Shown in pieces: positions 7,536 to 14,630 of a stretch of 60,778 bases of DNA (positions within the stretch are counted from its first letter, which is position 1; every line of letters starts with the position of its first letter). The stretch covers positions 1 to 60,778 of the forward strand of contig JAAZEB010000080.1 of assembly GCA_012512505.1 (NCBI GenBank). Direction: 5' to 3'. Both the position numbers and the translations under genes were made by a program. The notes below the pieces were generated by a model. The model was not told the origin of the DNA. It searched no databases and saw only the letters and a program-made list of their open reading frames with translations. The DNA comes from Armatimonadota bacterium. GTDB taxonomy: Bacteria > Armatimonadota > JAAZEB01.

Positions 7536-9203
7536 TCAGAACAGCCCTTCGATGTGCCAGTGGTCGTCCAGGTTGATGCGGGCGGCGGCCGGCTCCTTCG
7601 GCAGACCGGGCATGGTCAGGATGTTGCCCGCGTAGGCGACGAGGTAGCCGGCGCCGGCAAACACCTTCAGGTCACGGATCGTCACCTGGAACCCGGTGGG
7701 CCGACCGCGCAAGGTGGACTGATCGGAGAGCGAGTTCTGGGTTTTCGCCATGCAGATGGCCAGGTTGGCGTAGCCGTTCGCCTCGATCTCCCGCAGGCGC
7801 TTCTCAGCCTCGGCGGTGTAGACGACCCCCTCGGCACCGTACATGCGGGTGGCGATCATGGCGATCTTCTCTTTCACCGGCTGGTCGAGGTCGTAGAGCG
7901 GGCGGTAGTGGGTGGGCTGGTCCGACAGCTCCACCACCATCTCGGCCAGTTCGCGCCCGCCCTCACCGCCGCGCGCCCAGATGTCGGCCACGGCAAGCGG
8001 CACGCCACGGCGCTCCATCGCCGTAGCTACGGCGGCGATCTCTTCAGGGGAGTCGGTGGTGAAGCGGTTGAGCGCCACGCCCACCGGCAGCCCGAACGCC
8101 TGCATGTTCTCGACGTGCTTCTCCAGGTTCGGGATCCCCGCCTCCACGGCCGCCACGTCTGGCTCGGCGAGGGTGTTCAGCCCCTTGCCCGCCTGGTACT
8201 TCAGGGCGCGGATCGTGCCGCCGACCACCACCGCGTTCGGCGTCAGCCCGGCATGCCGGCACTTGATGTCCAGGAACTTCTCGGCGCCCAGGTCGGAGCC
8301 GAAGCCGGCCTCGGTGACCAGGAACTCGGCCAGTTGCAGCCCAAGGCGGGTGGCCTGAACGCTGCTCACTCCGGGGCCGACGTTGCCGAACGGCCCGGCA
8401 TGCACGAAGGCGGGCACCCCCTCAATCGTCTGCACCAGGTTCGGCTTGAACGCCTCACGCAGGGTTGCCATCATCGCGCCCGGTGCCTCAAGCGCCTGAG
8501 CAGTGACCGGCCGGCCGTCAGTGGTGTAGCCGACCACGATGCGCCCCAGGCGCACGCGCAGGTCCGGCAGGTCGCTCGCCAGGGCGAGGATCGCCATCAC
8601 CTCGGAGGCGGCGGTGATCTCGAACCCACCCTCGCGCGGCACACCGTTGCCCGGCCCGCCAAGGCCGAGGACGATGCTGCGCAGCGCGCGGTCGCACAGG
8701 TCCAACACCCGGGGGAAGACCATGCGGCGGGGATCGAGGCCAAGGGGGTTGCCCTGCTGCAGGTGGTTATCGGCGAGGGCGGCGAGGAGGTTGTGCGCCG
8801 TCGTCACGGCGTGGATGTCGCCGGTGAAGTGGAGGTTGATGTCCTCCATCGGCAGCACCTGCGAGTAGCCGCCGCCGGTGGCGCCGCCCTTGACGCCGAA
8901 GACGGGGCCCAGCGAGGGCTCGCGCAGCGCCACGCAGGCCCGCCGGCCCAGGCGGGCCAGGCCCTGCGCCAGGCCAATCGAGAGCGTGGTCTTCCCCTCG
9001 CCGGCGGGCGTGGGGGTCATCGCGGTCATCAGGATCAGCTTGCCGGCAGGGGCGCCCGCGCGCCGGGCGAGCGCCTCCGGCTTCACCTTCGCCTTGTAGT
9101 CGCCGTACTGTTCCAGTTCGTCCGGCCGCAAGCCCAGGCGCGAGGCCACTTCCGTGATCGGGAGCAGCGTCGCGGCCCGGGCGATGGAGAGATCGTCCGC
9201 CAT
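7536..9203 (-). CDS. fhs: Formate--tetrahydrofolate ligase
   Basis: The 555-aa protein has a PTPAGEGKTT P-loop, EPSLGPVFGVKGGATGGGY and FVHAGPFGN, all hallmark FTHFS motifs. Confidence 0.95.
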   Translation of the reverse strand: MADDLSIARAATLLPITEVASRLGLRPDELEQYGDYKAKVKPEALARRAGAPAGKLILMTAMTPTPAGEGKTTLSIGLAQGLARLGRRACVALREPSLGPVFGVKGGATGGGYSQVLPMEDINLHFTGDIHAVTTAHNLLAALADNHLQQGNPLGLDPRRMVFPRVLDLCDRALRSIVLGLGGPGNGVPREGGFEITAASEVMAILALASDLPDLRVRLGRIVVGYTTDGRPVTAQALEAPGAMMATLREAFKPNLVQTIEGVPAFVHAGPFGNVGPGVSSVQATRLGLQLAEFLVTEAGFGSDLGAEKFLDIKCRHAGLTPNAVVVGGTIRALKYQAGKGLNTLAEPDVAAVEAGIPNLEKHVENMQAFGLPVGVALNRFTTDSPEEIAAVATAMERRGVPLAVADIWARGGEGGRELAEMVVELSDQPTHYRPLYDLDQPVKEKIAMIATRMYGAEGVVYTAEAEKRLREIEANGYANLAICMAKTQNSLSDQSTLRGRPTGFQVTIRDLKVFAGAGYLVAYAGNILTMPGLPKEPAAARINLDDHWHIEGLF

Positions 9204-9219
9204 CGTCCTACTCCTACCG

Positions 9220-10029
9220 CTATTCCTGCCGCTGCTCCAGCTTCCCCTGGCGGGCCATGGCCAGATAGTTGGCGCAATACTCGTCGCGGCCCAGCAGCGC
9301 CTCCCCGGCGTAGAGGAGAGCCATCAGGGCCGGGTCGGTGGGGTCGGCGATCACGCAATCGAGGCCGGCGCCGAGGCAGAGCACCAGGAATGCCTGGTTG
9401 AGCAGCTTGCGGACCGGCAGCCCGTAGGAGACGTTGCTCAAGCCGCAGGTCGTGTGGACTCCGGGATAGGTGGCCCGCACGTAGCGGATCGTCTCCAGCA
9501 CTTGCTTCCCGGCTTCGCCGTTGGTGCTCACCGGGAAAACGAGCGGGTCGAGGTAGATGTCGTCCAGCGGCACGCCCGCCGCGGTCAGGTTGGTCACCAG
9601 GAAGTCGGCCGCCTGGGTGCGCGCCTCCAGCGTCTGCGGAATGCCGCGATCATCCAGGCAGAGGGCGACCACTTTGGCGCGGTACTGCTTTATCAGCGGC
9701 AGGATGCGGGCGAACTTCTCCCGCTCGGCGGTGATGGAGTTGATGAACGGTTGGCCCTGATGCACGGCCAGCGCGGCTTCCATCGCGCCGGGGTTCGGGC
9801 TGTCGATGGCGCAGGGGAGACCGGTAGCCTCCTGGCACGTCTGCACCAACCAGGCCAACGTCTCCGGCTCCGCCTCCACTCCCACGACGGCCCCGTTGCA
9901 GTCCAGGAAGTGGGCACCCGCCGCCGCCTGGGAGAGTGCCTCCTGGCGGATGAAGTCGGTGTCGTGAGCCTTAACCGCCGCTCCGATACTCTTCCGGGTG
10001 CTGTTGATCCGCTCTCCGATGATTAGCAT
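9220..10029 (-). CDS. Pterin-binding methyltetrahydrofolate:corrinoid methyltransferase (MT II; AcsE/MtvA/MtrH-like)
   Basis: It starts MLIIGERINSTRKSIGAAVKAHD, contains SITAEREKF and DPLVFPVSTN, and ends 16 nt before fhs. The fold is dihydropteroate-synthase-like. Confidence 0.85.
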   Translation of the reverse strand: MLIIGERINSTRKSIGAAVKAHDTDFIRQEALSQAAAGAHFLDCNGAVVGVEAEPETLAWLVQTCQEATGLPCAIDSPNPGAMEAALAVHQGQPFINSITAEREKFARILPLIKQYRAKVVALCLDDRGIPQTLEARTQAADFLVTNLTAAGVPLDDIYLDPLVFPVSTNGEAGKQVLETIRYVRATYPGVHTTCGLSNVSYGLPVRKLLNQAFLVLCLGAGLDCVIADPTDPALMALLYAGEALLGRDEYCANYLAMARQGKLEQRQE

Positions 10030-10143
10030 CGCGATCCCCCATGCCGTCGGTGGTTGGCGGCGCTTCAGGCGGCTCCGGGGCTAGCCGCCACGCTGCCAAC
10101 CGGACGGAACAGGTCTTTGCCAGGCAAGCCTGGCCGCAGTGAC

Positions 10144-10155
10144 CACACACACACA
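10144..10155. repeat. (CA)6 dinucleotide microsatellite
   Basis: cacacacacaca is read directly. It is intergenic, between the corrinoid-protein and MT II genes. Confidence 0.9.
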
Positions 10156-10161
10156 ACGAAT

Positions 10162-10216
10162 GGGAGAGCGGGAGAGGCAGAGGCTGGGGAGCATCTCCCC
10201 TTCCTCTCGCTCTCCC
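10162..10216 (-). terminator. Long GC-rich stem-loop: possible intra-operon terminator, attenuator or processing site
   Basis: gggagagcgggagagg (10162-10177) pairs with cctctcgctctccc (10203-10216). An inner stem ggggag-cat-ctcccc lies at 10186-10200. On the minus strand it follows the corrinoid-protein stop and is followed by a T/G-rich tract (ATTCGTTGTGTGTGTG). Confidence 0.4.
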
Positions 10217-10295
10217 ACCCTCCCATTCCGCGAGACGGCCGTGGGTCGTCTGCCAACCACCCCGCCGGGCGGCGGTGGCAGCAGACCCACGAATC

Positions 10296-10940
10296 TCAGG
10301 CAGTGATCCCGAGCAGCGCCTTGGCCGTATCGACAGCGCTCGCCGCGTCCGGGGCGTAGCCATCGGCGCCGATCTCGTCGGCGTAGGCCTGCGTGAGGGG
10401 GGCGCCGCCCACGATCACCTTGACCTGGTCGCGGTAGCCGGCCTCCTGGAGCGCGGCGATCGTCTCCTTCATCGCCGGCATGGTGGTGGTGAGCAGGGCC
10501 GACAGGCCGATCGCGCCCACGCCGCGCTCGCGCACCGCTTCCACGAAGGTGGCCGGGCTGACGTCAGTGCCCAGGTCGATCACCTCAAAGCCAGCGCCCT
10601 CGAGCATCATGCCGACGAGGTTCTTGCCGATGTCATGCAGGTCGCCCTGGACGGTGCCGATAGCAACCTTGCCGACCGGCTGGATGCCGGAGTCGGCGAT
10701 GAGCGGGCGCAGCTTCTCCATCGACTGCTTCATCGCGCGGGCGGCAATGAGCACCTCGGGGATGTAGAACTCATTGCACTTGAACTTCTGGCCCACGACC
10801 TGCATACCCGCGACCAGACCCTTGTTGATGATGTCGGCGACAGGTACTCCGGTGGCCAGTGCCTCGTCGGTCGTCTCTTTGGCCTTCTGCGCATTGCCTT
10901 CAATGACAAACTGCGCCAGGCTCTCCAGCAGGGACGGCAT
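10296..10940 (-). CDS. Cobalamin-binding corrinoid protein (MtaC/MtbC/MtvC-like)
   Basis: It has an N-terminal B12-binding_2 cap helix bundle. The DxHxxG motif is present in GDLHDIGKNLV. A Rossmann-like SALLTTTM...VIVGGAP follows. Confidence 0.9.
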   Translation of the reverse strand: MPSLLESLAQFVIEGNAQKAKETTDEALATGVPVADIINKGLVAGMQVVGQKFKCNEFYIPEVLIAARAMKQSMEKLRPLIADSGIQPVGKVAIGTVQGDLHDIGKNLVGMMLEGAGFEVIDLGTDVSPATFVEAVRERGVGAIGLSALLTTTMPAMKETIAALQEAGYRDQVKVIVGGAPLTQAYADEIGADGYAPDAASAVDTAKALLGITA

Positions 10941-11361
10941 AGTGTCTCCTCCTCCGATGAACAGAGCTTGGGCGCTCCGCCCGCCGTCGCGCGGCGGTGG
11001 TGCCGCTCTCCGTTATTCGGCCTCGCCCTCACTCTCTGCAGGTGCTATCCGGTTCGAGCCTACAAAGGCGGTTGCGCCGAAGCCAGCTCCCCGCAGGCAC
11101 CCTCAACCTCTGCATCTTTCGATTCCTGCCTGGCCGCTTCCTTTCCTTCCCCCGCCGGGGGAACTGTTCGGGCGCAAGGCAGGCGAGGCCCCCGGGGAAC
11201 AGAGAACGGGCCTTGGTTCCTGGCACTCACCGAACCGGAGCCGCTTCCCCCGGTTATTCGCCCAGGGAACTGCTATTCCTGGTGGGGCTTCCGAAGAGAG
11301 ATCCTCGATAAGCCGGTCGGGGTTTGCCGCCGCTTTCGGGGCCTTTGCGGCGGCGCCGCGA

Positions 11362-11673
11362 TCAGCGCGGGCGCAGCAGCACGTCGCGGAAGCAGAGCCG
11401 ATTGGGGTCCGCCTCGGGCCCGATCGCCTCTCTCGCCCAAAACTCTAGCACGTCCCGCAGTTGGGGTTCGTCTGCCAGACGGCCGCTGGCGAAGTGGCGC
11501 AGCGCCTCGTCGAAGCAGGCCAACCGGTAGAGCAAGCGTGCCAGGCATTCGGCCTGCCGCTGCTCATCCTGCGGACACTCCTGCAGGCGCTCTCCTTCCG
11601 GCGTCGGCTTCACCATCCGGCCGGAACATGCCCGACAAAGGCTCTCCCCTACCACTTCAGCCAAGGCTGCCAT
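11362..11673 (-). CDS. Hypothetical small Cys-containing protein
   Basis: An ATG at 11673 opens a frame of about 103 aa with genome-typical GC3 bias. It contains CRAC...C...C, which may bind metal. I recognise no family. Confidence 0.4.
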   Translation of the reverse strand: MAALAEVVGESLCRACSGRMVKPTPEGERLQECPQDEQRQAECLARLLYRLACFDEALRHFASGRLADEPQLRDVLEFWAREAIGPEADPNRLCFRDVLLRPR

Positions 11674-11960
11674 CGCGTCTTTTCCCTTCACACTCGTCGT
11701 TGGGGCCGGATCTCACCGAGTTCCGCGCCCATTGTAACGCGCTGCGAATCGCCAGTCCATCAGGAGATCGGCGGCTTTTTGGATCAGGGGTCTCCCTGAT
11801 CGAGGCAGGGCAGAACCCTTGACTGGCGCCTGCTCCTCGCGCGCCCCCGGGGCACCGATCCGCCCTCCTACGCCAGGTACGCGGTCGGATCGCCGGCGTC
11901 CCGCCGGCCCCCATAGGAGGCGTCCGACGCCGAGGGAGGTGTTCCTCCTCCAGGAGATGG

Positions 11961-12117
11961 CCGGAGTGCCCGAGCCATCGGGCTTCTGGGTCTGGGAAGC
12001 CGCATCGCTGCGGCGCTCCGTTGCTCTCCCAGGCAACTGACCGGAGTGCTCGAGCCATCGGGCCTCTGCCGGGCGGCCGCGTCGCCACGGCGCTCCGCTG
12101 CTCTCCCAGGCGACGGA
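11961..12117. repeat. Tandem duplication of a unit of about 80 nt
   Basis: Unit 1 (11961-12040) begins ccggagtgcccgagccatcgggcttctgg and ends cggcgctccgttgctctcccaggcaact. Unit 2 (12041-12117) begins ccggagtgctcgagccatcgggcctctgc and ends cggcgctccgctgctctcccaggcgacg. The two ends are conserved and the middle has diverged. Confidence 0.85.
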
Positions 12118-12162
12118 GCCCCTTTTCCATCCGCCCAGCGGGGACGCCTCCTACAAGGTGAA

Positions 12163-12891
12163 TCAGGGGAGGATGCGCACTGGGATGCCGACCGGCAGCA
12201 GCGCCAGCAGTTCCTCCATGTCGGCGTTGCGGAGGGCCACGCAGCCGGCGGTCCAGTCGCGGATACGCACGTACTTGCGGGCACCCCGGCGCACCACCTC
12301 ACCGATGCCCCCGCCGTGGATGAAGATGTTGCCGCCCAGGCGGGTGTGCTGGGGAGGCTTGGCCTGCCGAGCGCAGGCGGAGGCAATGCGCTGCTGCATG
12401 GTTGGGCTGATCAGCCCTTGCCGCAGGCCGCGCGCGGCGTCAGTCGGGTTCGGGTAGGAGACGCCGAGGGAGAGGTAGAACCGCGACTGCCAGTTCTTCC
12501 CCCACAGGTAGTAGGTCCCCTCGGGCGTCCGCCCGTCACCCCGCCGCTGCTTGGGGCCCTGGGGGTCGCGCCCCAGGGCGATGAAGTAGCCCTTCACCGG
12601 GATCCCGTCGCAGGTGACCACCATGCGGCGGCTGCTCTTCTTGACGGTGATGCCGAGGGCGCCCCGGCACGCTTCCCCCTGGCGCGCCCGGTGCGCGCGG
12701 AGGCACTCCGCCAGGGAGAGGCCCCAGGTGTTCCAGAAGCCGGAGACCAGCAAGCCCGGTGGCTTCGGCGGGGCATTCACTGGTGGTGGCGAGGGCGGCT
12801 CCGGCGCCAGCGGCGGTGACGGCCGCCGGCAACCACCCAGAGCCAGCAAGCCAAGCAGCAGCAGCAGGATGGGTCTCAAGTTCCAGCGCAT
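12163..12891 (-). CDS. L,D-transpeptidase (YkuD-fold) lipoprotein
   Basis: It has a signal peptide with lipobox LLALGGC, a proline-rich linker, and the catalytic region IFIHGGG...DWTAGCVALRN (His...Cys motif of L,D-transpeptidases). Confidence 0.8.
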   Translation of the reverse strand: MRWNLRPILLLLLGLLALGGCRRPSPPLAPEPPSPPPVNAPPKPPGLLVSGFWNTWGLSLAECLRAHRARQGEACRGALGITVKKSSRRMVVTCDGIPVKGYFIALGRDPQGPKQRRGDGRTPEGTYYLWGKNWQSRFYLSLGVSYPNPTDAARGLRQGLISPTMQQRIASACARQAKPPQHTRLGGNIFIHGGGIGEVVRRGARKYVRIRDWTAGCVALRNADMEELLALLPVGIPVRILP

Positions 12892-12982
12892 AGTCAATAC
12901 AATTATTCGCTAGAACTGGTTGAGATTCCTACCTATGGAAAGGAGCGGGCGTGGGGAAAGACAGGCAGGCGTGGGGAGAAGC

Positions 12983-13058
<76 letters not shown>

Positions 13059-13094
13059 ATCCCGAGGTTGCGACCAGCATCCGGCCGCAATCCC

Positions 13095-13123
13095 ATTATA
13101 GCAAAGCACCCCGGTTGTGACAA
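13095..13123 (-). promoter_or_regulatory. Sigma70-type promoter of tRNA-Arg
   Basis: On the minus strand there is TTGTCA (13123-13118), a 17-nt spacer and TATAAT (13100-13095), about 37 nt upstream of the tRNA 5' end. Confidence 0.65.
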
Positions 13124-13280
13124 GCGTCCCGCGAAGCCAACGAGCGCTCAGGAACGGGGGTCCGGCCGGAGCGCCGGCGTCCCGCCGGCCGCCGTAGGAG
13201 TCCTCCATGCCCGGCCGGCGGGCACCCAAGAGGATGAAACTGGGGCTCCCTCACCAATCTGGGAGGCAGGCAGCCGACCC

Positions 13281-13474
13281 GCACCCCGAAGGGGTGCCAT
13301 CACCCAGCCCAGGGTGCGGCACCCTGGGATACCCCACGAGCGCATTTCGCCTAACCCTGAAAGGGTTGACCGGGGAACCCCCGTTGTGAAACCCTTTCAG
13401 GGTTTCGGGGTTGGGCACGGACGGTTTCCCCAGGGTTCGGAACCCTGGGCTAGGTTGTTCCACCCCTTCGGGGT
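13281..13474. repeat. Two inverted copies of a three-hairpin module of about 90 nt (six palindromic hairpins in total)
   Basis: The hairpins are: caccccgaaggggtg (13281-97), cccagggtgcggcaccctggg (13308-28), aaccctgaaagggtt (13353-67), gaaaccctttcagggtttc (13388-406), ccagggttcggaaccctgg (13429-49) and accccttcggggt (13462-74). The reverse complement of the right half aligns hairpin by hairpin with the left half. Confidence 0.85.
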
Positions 13475-13550
13475 AGGCGGCACCGCCGCTCGGGAAGTTA
13501 GGCCGGCCGCCGTAGGAGGTGTCTCCAGCGCCGAGGGGTGGGAGGTATCA

Positions 13551-13608
13551 GGGTCGGAGACCCCTCCCACAGCGGGGGCGCGTGGCCCGTAGGAGGGGTC
13601 TCCGACCC
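13551..13608. repeat. REP-like inverted repeat GGGTCGGAGACCCCTCC / GGAGGGGTCTCCGACCC
   Basis: The arms lie at 13551-13570 and 13589-13608, separated by about 18 nt. It belongs to the same word family as 345-400 and 11912-11931. Confidence 0.85.
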
Positions 13609-13628
13609 CAAACCGCCGCCGGGGGCGG

Positions 13629-14618
13629 CTACTGCAGCGGCAGGGTTACCACTTGCCCGGTGGTGCCGGAGCGGATCGCCGCCTCGGCGATCTCCACCGC
13701 GGCACGACCGTCGGCGGCGGTCACCACCGGGGGAGTGCCGTTGCGGACCCACTCCACGAAGGAGTTGATCTCGCGGGCGACGCCGTCGGTCATCTGCTGG
13801 ATCTCCTCGGCCGGCACGTTCTGGAGCTCGCCCCCCTGCAGTTGGTAGCTGACGCTGCCCCAATCACAGCGGATGCTCCCCTTCTCGCAGGTGATGCACA
13901 CCTGGTACTGGCCCTGGGGCAGCACCATGTTCGAGTTGAGCAGGCCAGCGCCCCCCTCCTGGAACTGGACGGTGACGTAGTTGATGGCCGGGATGTCGGT
14001 GCCGGGCACCGGCACGGCGGGGATCGCCGCGAAGACCGACTTCGCCTCGCCGAGGATCGCCCGCATGTAGTCGATCTCGTGGACGTTCACCTCGAAGAGG
14101 AAGCCGCCGGTAAGGGCGTAGGAGGAACGCCAGCCGTTCCCGTGGAAGCCCCAGAGGCCGGAGCGCTCGATGGCGACGGCGACCGGCCGGCCCAGTTCGC
14201 CGGAGAGCGCCAGCTCGCGCGCCTTGGCGAAGCCGGGGATCAGGCGCAGCACCTGGCCCACCATCAGCTTCACGCCGGCGCGCTGCGCGGCGGCGATCAT
14301 CGCGTCGCACTCGGCAACGTTCATCGCCATCGGCTTCTCGCAAAACACCTGCTTGCCGGCCTCCACGGCGGCAATCGCCACCTCACGGTGGGCCGTGTTG
14401 GGGGGCGCCACGATTACCGCGTCCAGGTCGGCGCACGCCAGCAGGTCCTGGTAGTTGGTGAACGCCGTGCCGCCGAGCTCGTCGACCGCTTTCTGCGCGG
14501 CCTCCGCCATGGGGTCGGCGACGCCCACGAAGCAGGTATCCTCGCGAGCCTTGGCCGCGCGTGCTAGCGACATCCCCATGCCCCCGGCGCCGATCAGGCC
14601 GAGTCGAAGTTTGCTCAT
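13629..14618 (-). CDS. Gfo/Idh/MocA family NAD(P)-dependent oxidoreductase
   Basis: N-terminus MSKLRLGLIGAGGMGMSLA (Rossmann GxGxxG), plus the EKPMA motif. An RBS GAGAGGAAC lies upstream. Confidence 0.9.
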   Translation of the reverse strand: MSKLRLGLIGAGGMGMSLARAAKAREDTCFVGVADPMAEAAQKAVDELGGTAFTNYQDLLACADLDAVIVAPPNTAHREVAIAAVEAGKQVFCEKPMAMNVAECDAMIAAAQRAGVKLMVGQVLRLIPGFAKARELALSGELGRPVAVAIERSGLWGFHGNGWRSSYALTGGFLFEVNVHEIDYMRAILGEAKSVFAAIPAVPVPGTDIPAINYVTVQFQEGGAGLLNSNMVLPQGQYQVCITCEKGSIRCDWGSVSYQLQGGELQNVPAEEIQQMTDGVAREINSFVEWVRNGTPPVVTAADGRAAVEIAEAAIRSGTTGQVVTLPLQ

Positions 14619-14630
14619 TGTTTGTTCCTC

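Noticed and set aside
7449-9401. 650-aa plus-strand ORF
   Set aside because: It is fully antisense to fhs, which is unambiguous. It shows the same GC-artefact composition.
10030-10143. Possible cobalamin riboswitch in front of the MT II gene (GTCACTGCGGCC resembles the GCCACTG core)
   Set aside because: No AGGGAA/GGTG...CC core or B12 box is in the correct order. The region is better explained by the hairpin at 10162-10216 plus an RBS.
11961-12117. CRISPR array?
   Set aside because: There are only two directly abutting units with no unique spacers, and no cas genes are in the window.
13160-13612. Protein-coding ORFs across the hairpin cluster (e.g. 12951..13592, 213 aa)
   Set aside because: That ORF runs through the antisense strand of tRNA-Arg and through perfect palindromes. 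Its peptide merely reflects the repeats.
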